From assembly GCA_048938855.1 (NCBI GenBank), contig JBHLLT010000009.1, positions 1 to 64,000 of the forward strand: DNA of 64,000 nt, given 5' to 3'. Origin of the DNA: Promethearchaeota archaeon (GTDB taxonomy: Archaea > Asgardarchaeota > Lokiarchaeia > Sigyniarchaeales > SOKP01). Positions within the stretch are counted from its first letter, which is position 1, and the number at the start of each line of letters is the position of its first letter. The notes under the pieces were generated by a model, which was given only the letters and a program-made list of their open reading frames with translations, made no database searches and was not told where the DNA came from. The position numbers and the translations under genes were made by a program. This document shows positions 41,001 through 49,670 of this stretch, piece after piece.

Positions 41001-42037
41001 ATAATCCAGCATTTAGTAAAATCGCAGGGTATGATCCACTTGAAAATTTAATAGGTCAAGAAATCCCTTTCTTCTGGAAAAATCCTGAAGATCAAAATAA
41101 ATATCAAGAAGAATTAAGTAAAAATAGATTTATTCGAAATTATATTGTACCTGTTAGAAAGAAAAATGGAGAAGAAATTGTAGTTCAAGTGAATGCACAT
41201 CTAATAAAAGATGAAAATAACAATCCATTTGCTGTTGAGGGTACTTTTTCTGATATCACAGAAAAATTCAGATTAGAGCAGGAATTATTAGAATCTGAAC
41301 AGAAATTAAGACATCAAAATATTGAATTGAAAAAACTTGATAAAGTTAAAAATGATTTTATTACAATGGCGGCACACGAATTAAAAACACCCTTAATATC
41401 AATTTCTGGATATACTGATTACATTTTGATGAAACATAGAAATAATCTTAATCCAGAAATTACTACCGACTTAACAACTGTTCAAAGAAATGTGAATCGA
41501 TTAGAAGAATTAATGGACCAGCTTTTAGATGTATTAAAGATTGATGAAAACGAATTAAAACTGCAAAAGGAGCAAATAAATGTTAGTACAATAATCAATA
41601 ATTGCCTTGATGAATTAAGTTATTTAATTAATGAAAAATTTCTCGAGATTATATTGAATATTGAACCAGACATTATCATAAATGCAGATCCTAATCGTAT
41701 TTTCACAGTCTTTACCAATCTAATTTCAAACGCCATCAAGTTCACTCCTGATTATGGATGGATTGAAATAAATGTTAAAAAGGAAACCGATCAATATGTT
41801 TTTGAAATAAAAGATAATGGTATTGGATTAGTTGGAGATGAATTTGAAAGATTGTTTAAAAAGTTTGAAAGAATCAAACCCCCTATTATAAATGATCATG
41901 TAAATATCAAAGATTCTGGGACTGGACTTGGGCTCTATATTACAAAAGGTATAATTAATGCACATGAAGGGGAAATTTGGGCTAGTTCAGAGGGAGAAAA
42001 TAAAGGCTCTACTTTCTCTTTCACGTTACCAATATGA
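38072..42037 (+). CDS. Cytoplasmic multi-PAS sensor histidine kinase (about 8 PAS/PAC)
   Basis: Eight repeats ending D/NIT; H-box AHELKTPL, N-box NLISNAIKF, DNGIG, GTGLGL. Confidence 0.95.
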   Translation: MVAFSKMTQIYENYNRLGRVFSENIDDPILILNEKFQCEYSNSQFFPVDCKLDEFIHQEDLKRINRLLKNILKLGSGTEEAQIKYKGSQSKWFQLKGKSFVDDLANEKKIFLICRDITKFKKLEFEIKESQARFGELADYVPEIQFWKLLQTREGKSVVQKTQEMLELVLDNIPQLIYWKDTNLTYMGCNKNFAILNNIQEPTSIIGRKDEDLIWLKNNVSLIREKEKEVMKNDVVEYNVIESLTTINGKDTWFEINRIPLHDSKGKVVGILVTYEDITIRKIAEQKLKESEEKYRGILENIKEGYFEVDLFGNFTFFNDAICELQGCSREELLKTNYANFVDEDNKKKITEVYNNVFETGIPKSNFQYEFIRKNGEKITCESSVYLRCDPDGHRIGFNGLARNITEKYSLEQKIKDSEEKYRTIFNSSPDYIFITDIKGDILDMNPALLERIGITLEEARNKNFLDIYAGENIDNLKTVGNLIISGNEIKGVEIKGKTTNGEIFEYEVNAVPLMEDGHVTRVLNLARDITRRKLTEQKLKESEKRYRHLFENSPYAIWLMDEEGTIVDCNSTMTNLLSVLEIKDLIGKKFSEVLSVLKRSDYLVNILKDRFKRFLKGEKLGPLEFQITRMDETKVWLSITSSLVKIGDRTLTQAIIRDITEKKNAEQKLKDSEVKYRHLFESTPYSIILIDRKGKIIDCNPATKKFFNREIDTLINKNFLDVGIKPGKVLPLFKDRYQSILKGVIPGPLEVQITRSKDGSLMWISIDDSLVEVGGEVIFQVIIQDITEKKNAEQELKKSQEELKTLNRELEQNILERTKDLIESEQQYRTTINSLNDPLHVVDKDLRIILLNSAFDNWLGELGLEKDIVGRTVFEAFPFLPSEVRKEYQEVFNSGKMVITEGSLFLNNREVFTETRKFPIFSENQVNQVITIIRDITESKKMENQLIESEKNFRNMITNLDEGYYKVMWRGNILYHNPAFSKIAGYDPLENLIGQEIPFFWKNPEDQNKYQEELSKNRFIRNYIVPVRKKNGEEIVVQVNAHLIKDENNNPFAVEGTFSDITEKFRLEQELLESEQKLRHQNIELKKLDKVKNDFITMAAHELKTPLISISGYTDYILMKHRNNLNPEITTDLTTVQRNVNRLEELMDQLLDVLKIDENELKLQKEQINVSTIINNCLDELSYLINEKFLEIILNIEPDIIINADPNRIFTVFTNLISNAIKFTPDYGWIEINVKKETDQYVFEIKDNGIGLVGDEFERLFKKFERIKPPIINDHVNIKDSGTGLGLYITKGIINAHEGEIWASSEGENKGSTFSFTLPI

Positions 42038-42181
42038 TTCCTTCTGGTTATAATACACCAATTAAAATTCATTTTCAATTAATTTTTCTTTTATAATAAC
42101 AGAAATTTATTTAACTGTCATGCAATATTATGAATTTTTCATACGAAAAATAGTTTAAAGAAATTTACTTTTAAGACTGAT

Positions 42182-44326
42182 ATGGCTACATTAATCATAA
42201 CAGAAAAAAAAAAAGCTGCAGAAGCAATTTCAAATGCGTTAGGTCCAGCCACGAAACTAAAAATTACTAATAGGTTGGAAACTTATTTCATTTCATCAAA
42301 AGACCTTTATGTTATACCTTTACGTGGTCATCTCCTTGAATATAGAAATACAGACGCATACAAGAGTTGGGCAACTCCACCTCCCAGAGAAATCATAACC
42401 AATGAGAAGGCAATTAAAAAATTTCAAATCAGAGGATCAGGACCATATGTTAAGGTAGTTAAGGATTATGCAAAAAAATGTGACCATGTTATTGTCTCAA
42501 CTGATGCGGATATTGAAGGATGCAATATTGGTTTATTTGATGCACTTCCTTTTGTAAAACAAGTAAACTCTAATATAAAAATATCACAATTATGGCTAAG
42601 TTCACTTCAGAAAAGTGAAATTATTAATAAGTTTAACAACCTTATAATACCAAAATATAGTTGGGGTGAATCAGGAGAAGCACGAGCAATTATAGATGCT
42701 TTCATTGGTTTTTCTGCCACTAGAGAAGTTACAAATACATTGCGTCCATTATTAAACAAATTTAGGGTTAGATTTACATCAATTGGGCGAGTTCAGACTA
42801 GCTTACTCTATTTAATATATCTCAGAGAAAAAGAAATTTTGGATTTTGTTCCAGAACCATACTTTTTAATTGATGCTGATTTAATTCATTCAAAAGGAGT
42901 ATTTAAAGCACACCATCATGAAAATCCCTTCAGCAAAGATCAAGGAACCAAAGCAAAACAAATATATGATAAAATAAAAGATGAAAAAATAGGAAATATT
43001 ATAGATAATTCTAAGAAAGTGACTAAAAGATCTCCACCATCCCCATTGAATACTTCAAAAGCTTTAGTACTTTTAACAAAGAATTTAAAGATTTCTGCTA
43101 ACCGGGCTATGCAAACAATGAACGCCTTATACTTAAATCAAATAATTTCTTACCCTCGAACAGACAGTGATGTTTACAAATTAAATTTTAATCATAAAGA
43201 AATTATACAAAAATTTTCCTCGCATACTCTATTTAAAAGTTATAGTATAGAGTTATTAAAACAAAATAGGGTAATTCCAAGCAAAGGAAAAAAAGATATG
43301 GGAGATCATCCACCAATTACACCCCTTGAAAGTTTGAATACCAATAGTCCTAAATTAGAGAATGATTTACAAAAGAAAGTTTATGATCTACTTGCCCGTC
43401 ATTATCTTGCTCTTTTTGGAGAAGATGCTCTGGAATCTAAACAATCCTTAAAAATTTTGATTAAAGATGAACAATTTAATGCTCAGATTGTTTCTTTAAT
43501 TTCTCCTGGTTTCTTAGAAATTGCTCCTTTTCTCAAACCAAAATATGATACAGAAATCCAAATTGTTGGTGATAAAATACCGATAAAAGAGGTAATATTT
43601 AGTGAAAAAGAAACTACACCACCACCTAACTATACTGATACAACATTACTTAAATTAATGGAAAAAAACCATTTAGGCACGAAATCAACAAGACCAGTTA
43701 TAATAAAATTATTACAAACTCGTAAATTAACTGAACGAATTAGAGGTCATTATAAAATAACTGAATTAGGTATTTTTTTAATTGAAAATTTAATGAAGAT
43801 ATGGCTTCCTTTTTTAAAACCCGAATTTACCAAGAAAGTAGAAATTAAACTTGAAGAGATCAAAGAAAAAACACGACTTATGAAAGATGTTATAAATGAA
43901 ATAAGAAATGAGTTTTTACAACTATTTGATAAGTTTTTAGTAAATAAACATAAATTAGTCTCTACAATAGATAATTACAAAATCGAATACACGATTCCAC
44001 TTACTACTTCAAACTGCCCCTTTTGTAATTCACATCCAATGAAATTCATAAATGCAAAGACTAAAAGATTTTTAGTCTGTTCTGATGATAACTGTAAGCA
44101 GTTTCTATCATTACCTAAAAATGGAAAATTAGAATTACTAGATTCAACTTGCTCAATTTGTAGCTTTAATCTATTTAGAGTATCTCTAAAAAGAAATAAT
44201 AAACTTTATAATTATTATTTATGCCCTAAATGCTGGAATGAGGGTTTGAATGATAAGTCAGGAAAGGGATTTTGTTCAAATTGTGAAGAATTTAAAATTT
44301 TTAAGGGCAAATGTATAAGAAAATAA
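42182..44326 (+). CDS. topA: DNA topoisomerase type IA with C-terminal zinc ribbons
   Basis: LIITEK, TDADIEG, SIGRVQT, catalytic ISYPRTD, DHPPITP, LGTKSTR, multiple CxxC. Confidence 0.92.
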   Translation: MATLIITEKKKAAEAISNALGPATKLKITNRLETYFISSKDLYVIPLRGHLLEYRNTDAYKSWATPPPREIITNEKAIKKFQIRGSGPYVKVVKDYAKKCDHVIVSTDADIEGCNIGLFDALPFVKQVNSNIKISQLWLSSLQKSEIINKFNNLIIPKYSWGESGEARAIIDAFIGFSATREVTNTLRPLLNKFRVRFTSIGRVQTSLLYLIYLREKEILDFVPEPYFLIDADLIHSKGVFKAHHHENPFSKDQGTKAKQIYDKIKDEKIGNIIDNSKKVTKRSPPSPLNTSKALVLLTKNLKISANRAMQTMNALYLNQIISYPRTDSDVYKLNFNHKEIIQKFSSHTLFKSYSIELLKQNRVIPSKGKKDMGDHPPITPLESLNTNSPKLENDLQKKVYDLLARHYLALFGEDALESKQSLKILIKDEQFNAQIVSLISPGFLEIAPFLKPKYDTEIQIVGDKIPIKEVIFSEKETTPPPNYTDTTLLKLMEKNHLGTKSTRPVIIKLLQTRKLTERIRGHYKITELGIFLIENLMKIWLPFLKPEFTKKVEIKLEEIKEKTRLMKDVINEIRNEFLQLFDKFLVNKHKLVSTIDNYKIEYTIPLTTSNCPFCNSHPMKFINAKTKRFLVCSDDNCKQFLSLPKNGKLELLDSTCSICSFNLFRVSLKRNNKLYNYYLCPKCWNEGLNDKSGKGFCSNCEEFKIFKGKCIRK

Positions 44327-44335
44327 AATAGTCTT

Positions 44336-44674
44336 CTAAAAGTAATATTTTGAATCAAAACGGTATGCTGCTCTTGTTAATCCCACGTAATTATCATTTA
44401 GTTTATAAAGCATTTTTCCATTTACAATCTTTTTTTGTAGATAATTGTTTTTTATATAATGATTCAATGATGAAACCATGGTACCCAAAGTAACAGCCCC
44501 TATAAATTCATGTTGCTTTTTTGTAACTCTTATCAATTCTAACTCAGAATGCCACTGTCCATCTAGAAGTGCCATTAATATTTCATTTTTTATAGGAGTT
44601 GTGATATCTTTTATTTTATTAAATAAGTTAGAGTAGTTGGGTTTATAGAATGGATTTTCTTCAAAATCTTCCAT
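44336..44674 (-). CDS. Small winged-helix-like protein
   Basis: IKNEILMALLDGQWHSELEL...helix...YLQKKIVNGKMLYKL wing. Confidence 0.6.
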   Translation of the reverse strand: MEDFEENPFYKPNYSNLFNKIKDITTPIKNEILMALLDGQWHSELELIRVTKKQHEFIGAVTLGTMVSSLNHYIKNNYLQKKIVNGKMLYKLNDNYVGLTRAAYRFDSKYYF

Positions 44675-44792
44675 ATTTTTTTATCTCTTCATATATGATG
44701 AATATAATATGAAATAATATTGAGATTTTTTATTTAACAAAATGTATGATCTCTGTATTATTAAGATATTTTCTCAGTAATACAAAGTAAAA

Positions 44793-45914
44793 TTATAGTA
44801 AATTTGGTGGTATTCCTTCATTATAATATTTCGCACGTGTGATCCAATTTTGAGAAAATTCAGGGATCATTGCTAATATTGAACCACCAATCCAGACAGA
44901 AAAAGTTCGCTCCATTGGAGCAATAATCCGGACTCCAAGATTTTTCTTTTTCCTTCTAGCAAGTTCTAATTCTAACTCCTGATAAATACGAGCTTTTAAA
45001 TTCGGAAACATGGAGGAACCTCCTGAAAGAAAAATGTTGTTTAACAGTTCTGGACGAATGTCCAAATCACATGATTCAATTACATCCATGATTGCGACAT
45101 GTAATGAATCTTCTTCTAACTCAGAGGATGGTTTAAACAATAGTTCTGGAACAACAAATCGCTCTTTATTAAGTGAAATTGTAGAACCATCAGGTAAAGA
45201 ATATTCTTTTTCATATTGTTCACTGCGTTTTAAATCTTCATTATAATCTAATGAAACAAAGCATGCTTTTTCTTTTAAAACTCTAACCAATTCTCTGCGT
45301 ATTGAAGAATCAACAGACCATCCAATTGATTCCAACACTTGTTCCATATAACGAGTTAATACTCTTCCCCCTGTATCTAAGATCCTAACGGCATGCCCTA
45401 ATTTATATCCCTCATATAATGGAACTATTCTTGTATTACTATCCCCAATCTCTACAATTAGGCCAGTTTGGAAACCCCCAGAATATAATGTTAACATTGA
45501 ATCTAACACCGGATAAAAAGCCATACATTGATATCGTTCTAAAAATAATTCAAATATTTTTTCTAAATCTTTATGCGGAAATAACGGATGTACAGCAAAT
45601 AATACATTAACAAGTGTTGGATCCACTCTTAAATTATAAAAGATATAGTCAATTATATTTGCCAAATGAGTCCAATCTACTACAATTCCTTTCTCAATTG
45701 GATGGAAAATCTTATACAATCCGATTGATTGAATCTCATCTCCTACATAAGTCTCATCTTCACGAGACGCTTTACCACTATAATTAACACCAACATCTTG
45801 ATATTTAGGTTTACCAACCATTGTCAGGAATACTTGAGAGGGCGTATCTTCGCCTGCAAATCCAATTTTTGTTGAAAACTGCCCAATATCAAGAACAACT
45901 GTAAGATTTCCCAT
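44793..45914 (-). CDS. Actin-family protein (divergent Asgard actin / Arp-like)
   Basis: VVLDIG..STKIGFAGEDTP, HPIEKGIVVDW, TGLIVEIGD, VPLYEGY, KEKACFV, YSLPDG, ERF.VPELLFKP, LSGGSSMFP, SVWIGGSILA. Confidence 0.96.
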   Translation of the reverse strand: MGNLTVVLDIGQFSTKIGFAGEDTPSQVFLTMVGKPKYQDVGVNYSGKASREDETYVGDEIQSIGLYKIFHPIEKGIVVDWTHLANIIDYIFYNLRVDPTLVNVLFAVHPLFPHKDLEKIFELFLERYQCMAFYPVLDSMLTLYSGGFQTGLIVEIGDSNTRIVPLYEGYKLGHAVRILDTGGRVLTRYMEQVLESIGWSVDSSIRRELVRVLKEKACFVSLDYNEDLKRSEQYEKEYSLPDGSTISLNKERFVVPELLFKPSSELEEDSLHVAIMDVIESCDLDIRPELLNNIFLSGGSSMFPNLKARIYQELELELARRKKKNLGVRIIAPMERTFSVWIGGSILAMIPEFSQNWITRAKYYNEGIPPNLL

Positions 45915-46043
45915 GCCTAAAGATTTCAGAATTTAATTTATGATAATTACCCTAAATAACTATATCTAATATACTATTTTAATTTTTAAAAAATACTAAT
46001 AAAGCTTTGGGTAAAAATAAAAAGAATAAAAATCTTTAGGTTT

Positions 46044-46736
46044 TTATTCTCCTCTCATGATCTTCTTCAAACGATTTAACTCATCTAACATTTCATCTCG
46101 AAGAGAACTCAATCCTCCACCGGCTTTTGGAGCAACTCCGCCTGTTGCAGGTGCAGGAGCTGGTGCAGGAGGTCCGGGTCGTTTTGCAAATGCTGGCGCT
46201 GCTGGTGGTCCAGCACTTGGAGCTTTAGGGGGACCCGCGCCAGGAGGTGCACTGGGAAGCCCACCACTAGGTGGCAATTTTGGAGCCGGAGGTAAAGTAG
46301 GTTTTTTAGGTGGTCCACCACCACTTGGGGGCGCAGTAGGAGGCATTGCTTTTATCGGAGGCCCTGTACCAGGAGGTTTAGGAGCAGAAGGAGGCCCACC
46401 ACTTGGAGGTGCTGGGGCTGCGGGAATAGAAACAGTAGGCGCTGCAGTAGGAGTTGAAGTAGGTGTTCCACTACTTAATAAAGAGAATAAAGTACTAGCT
46501 GCGGCAGTCTTGGCAGTATCACTGCTTGGGGTGACTATTTTTTTAGAGGAAGTACTCACAGTTTGAACCTCTTCAACAACAGAGACTTCTTTCAAATCTT
46601 TTTGAGCTTTTGCCAATGATTTGATAAAATCATTTATTCCTTTTATTGTGTCCTCTAAATCATCAGATAGACTCGTGAGTCCTTTTTTCATAAAATTAAT
46701 TACGCGTTCAATCTTTTTCTGTTCTTTTGAAACCAC
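46044..46736 (-). CDS. Coiled-coil / proline-rich protein with C-terminal WH2-like motif
   Basis: N-terminal amphipathic helices, about 110-aa Pro/Ala/Gly tract with repeated PPSGG, C-terminal SSLRDEMLDELNRLKKI; GTG start after GAGG. Confidence 0.8.
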   Translation of the reverse strand: MVSKEQKKIERVINFMKKGLTSLSDDLEDTIKGINDFIKSLAKAQKDLKEVSVVEEVQTVSTSSKKIVTPSSDTAKTAAASTLFSLLSSGTPTSTPTAAPTVSIPAAPAPPSGGPPSAPKPPGTGPPIKAMPPTAPPSGGGPPKKPTLPPAPKLPPSGGLPSAPPGAGPPKAPSAGPPAAPAFAKRPGPPAPAPAPATGGVAPKAGGGLSSLRDEMLDELNRLKKIMRGE

Positions 46737-47000
46737 GTTCTTCTCAATTCCTCTAATGTTATTAAATAATTGATTAAAGTAAAAATTACTATTTATAATC
46801 TTTATATTTTTATTATATTAATATGTATTTATAATTTTATTCCATTCTTAATCAAGTCTATAAATCTAAATATTACGTAGATCTAGAAAAAACGTTAATT
46901 ATTAAAAAACCTAAACTAATAATATTATATAACATATTTCATTAGTAAGTTTAAAATTATTAATATTTCAATTTTAAGAAATTAAAAAGGTTTGTATAAA

Positions 47001-47267
47001 ATGCCTAAGCGTGAACTGTTCATTAAACGGGTTTATGAAATTGTTAATGAGCTTAAAATCCCCCTAATCGATGAAAGAGTTTATGACAGTGTTAAATTCA
47101 ATACAGGGGCAGCTGTTGCAGCTGTAATTTTCAGGTTTGAGGAAGATGAATCTGTAATCCGTGGATTTCTTGGTCTTGCTGAATATTTTCATACAGTTGT
47201 AATAAAGCGTAAGGATGAATTCTATATTCCCCACGCTTCCATTCTCTTCAGACTTATAAGTGCTTAG
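47001..47267 (+). CDS. Small hypothetical protein (start likely ATG 47001)
   Basis: 88-aa globular-looking ORF followed by T-rich terminator-like tract. Confidence 0.75.
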   Translation: MPKRELFIKRVYEIVNELKIPLIDERVYDSVKFNTGAAVAAVIFRFEEDESVIRGFLGLAEYFHTVVIKRKDEFYIPHASILFRLISA

Positions 47268-47386
47268 GGTGAAGCTTTATCAATTATTAATCCTCCCTTT
47301 CTTTTAAAAAATCTTTTTTTTACTTTTCTTTAATGTAACTATATAATCTATTTATTTTGAGTCAAAAAAGAATGTTTATCTTTATT

Positions 47387-48751
47387 CTATCCTAAAATTC
47401 GCCCTTTATCCTCAATCAATTCATTCATTTTTAAATTTTTATATATCATGGTAATTACAATTGCCCAGATGAATAGTAAATAGAAATTCCGAGGTATTAA
47501 AAGAACTAGAATAGTTCCTATTATGAAATAAAGAAACCATCTTATCCTGACACTTCTATTCTCATCTAGTTGATCCTTGAAATGAAAACTTAGCCATAAA
47601 ATTATAATTGGCACATGAAATGTAAAATAATACTTATAAACACCCCTCGGAAAGAATATGTGAGAAAAAAAAGCGATATATACGATAATATCTAATAGTT
47701 TTAACCAATCCAATGAATTTTGGTAATACCAGCGATGTATCAAAAAAATAACTATAATTTCAATTACAATTATTCCCATCGTAGAGAAACTCAAAAATCC
47801 AATAATATAGAGTATCCAATATGGGAGATTTAACCCTACCAAAAAACTATACCAATGTATCGGAGAATTAAAATTAGGGATATAAAAATCGGGGAGAAAT
47901 GAGAATCCTTGGGAGACGAATATACATTTTATATAACCATAAGGATTAATAATAATCCATGGTAAAGAGCCTAAAAGAATCACTCCAAAAATTATAGCAG
48001 AGTAGATTAATAAATTTTTCAAATATTTAATAATGAATTTTCCATTTCTATTTTTACTAGACTCAATAACCATGTAAGCTAGTATTGGTAAAATAAAGAA
48101 AATAGTAATTTGTTTAAATAAAAAAGAAATTGCCAGTACAATACAAGCAAGGTTGAATCTCTTAATGAATGTTAAGTATAGTGCTGTCATGAAAAATAGA
48201 GTTACAAGCGAAGTGTTTAACAGTAAGCCACCGTTATAAAAGACCAACAACGGGGAAAAGACTGTAGCCAGAAATCCCCATTCCGCAACTTTTTCACTAA
48301 ATTGTGTTGATAGAAATTTATAAATAATAATCGGGAGTAAATTTGTCGAGAATAAAAGAGGAATAAAGATAAGATTAATGTCAATTAAACCTGGCAAGGT
48401 TATACTGTATAGAAAAAATGGGGGATAAATATAATAATACTGGCTAATCCCAACAAATAGATCCCATACAAAAGAAGTCCAATTAGTGTAATTTCCAAAA
48501 TCTGGAAAGAAAGCGGTATATGGTATCCAATTTTCATGTATAAATTTTTGTACAAATGACTGATACCAAAATTGATAATCTTGATAAGGTTCAAGAGAAT
48601 ATCTAAAAAACTCATATAAAACGGAGTTTTGAGAAATTTTGGATAACCAATTGAAATAATTAAATCCTAAAATTAGTATAATCTGGATTGCCAATGAAAC
48701 TGAAAAAGCTAAAATTAACTTTTTGTGCGTTTTAAGATTGCTTAATCTCAT
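47387..48751 (-). CDS. GT-C fold membrane glycosyltransferase (GT87/PIG-M-like)
   Basis: Luminal DY motif after TM1, YIYPPFF, SP...F, FKQ motif, many TM. Confidence 0.7.
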   Translation of the reverse strand: MRLSNLKTHKKLILAFSVSLAIQIILILGFNYFNWLSKISQNSVLYEFFRYSLEPYQDYQFWYQSFVQKFIHENWIPYTAFFPDFGNYTNWTSFVWDLFVGISQYYYIYPPFFLYSITLPGLIDINLIFIPLLFSTNLLPIIIYKFLSTQFSEKVAEWGFLATVFSPLLVFYNGGLLLNTSLVTLFFMTALYLTFIKRFNLACIVLAISFLFKQITIFFILPILAYMVIESSKNRNGKFIIKYLKNLLIYSAIIFGVILLGSLPWIIINPYGYIKCIFVSQGFSFLPDFYIPNFNSPIHWYSFLVGLNLPYWILYIIGFLSFSTMGIIVIEIIVIFLIHRWYYQNSLDWLKLLDIIVYIAFFSHIFFPRGVYKYYFTFHVPIIILWLSFHFKDQLDENRSVRIRWFLYFIIGTILVLLIPRNFYLLFIWAIVITMIYKNLKMNELIEDKGRILG

Positions 48752-48786
48752 TTTTTAGTTATTTATTATCATGACTCATTTATGTT

Positions 48787-49500
48787 TTAAATGTTTACTA
48801 TATAGTGTTTCGATTTACTTATCATCTCTAGTACTTCAGATTCTGGTACGTCATACCAATGTTGATAGGCATCTGCGACAGCAAACCATAATGTATTCCT
48901 TATATCAGGGCAAAAAATCTCATTTACCTCATTTTCTAATCTTTTTATTGTCCTTAAGGGAGCCGTCGGTACAGCAATATAAATTTTTTTAGGATTATAG
49001 GATTTGATCATTTTTATCCCCGCTAACATAGTAAATCCAGAGGCTAATCCATCATCAAGTAGGATGATATTCTTGTTTTGTATGTTTTTGACATATAGTT
49101 TATATATATCTAATTCTCTACTATAATACTTGATTCGATTTTGTATTTCTTCTTTTGTAGTCTCAATAGAATTTTGTATTTCTTTTTGGGTTAGATTTAA
49201 TTGATTCAATAGTAAGTGATTGAATAACACTGTACCATCTGTTGTCATTGCACCAAATCCAGCTTCCGTATTAGATGGGATCTTTAACTTTCTCACAATT
49301 AATATATCATAATAAATATTTAATTGGGAACAGAATCCTTCTGATACTGGAACTCCTCCATTGGGTATGGCATAGCAAAAAAACTCATTAGGAGATTGTG
49401 AGATTTGAATATACAAATCTTTATTCTTATCTTTAATATATTCAGAGAGGATCGTCCCCGCTTCTACTCTAGATTCATATTTCATTAATTTTACCATCAA
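48787..49500 (-). CDS. Phosphoribosyltransferase-family protein
   Basis: IPNGGVPV, VRKL..P.N.EAGFGA, IILLDDGLASG. Confidence 0.9.
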   Translation of the reverse strand: MMVKLMKYESRVEAGTILSEYIKDKNKDLYIQISQSPNEFFCYAIPNGGVPVSEGFCSQLNIYYDILIVRKLKIPSNTEAGFGAMTTDGTVLFNHLLLNQLNLTQKEIQNSIETTKEEIQNRIKYYSRELDIYKLYVKNIQNKNIILLDDGLASGFTMLAGIKMIKSYNPKKIYIAVPTAPLRTIKRLENEVNEIFCPDIRNTLWFAVADAYQHWYDVPESEVLEMISKSKHYIVNI

Positions 49501-49670
49501 ACGCCACTTTATTATAATATTATAATTAGCGGTGTTGAGTTTGTATTAATTTTATACTGTAAACAATATTCTTGTTATTCATAATAAAGACATTATCTGA
49601 TATATTTATATATGTGAAATTGGATTACTATTATAACTATTCTTTAACGTATAATAACAGATGAGAATAT

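Noticed and set aside
46057-46566. 169-aa Gly/Ala-rich plus-strand ORF (collagen-like look) and locally high GC
   Set aside because: Antisense shadow of the Pro/Ala/Gly codons of 46044..46736; the GC rise is explained by amino-acid composition, not by an RNA gene or foreign island
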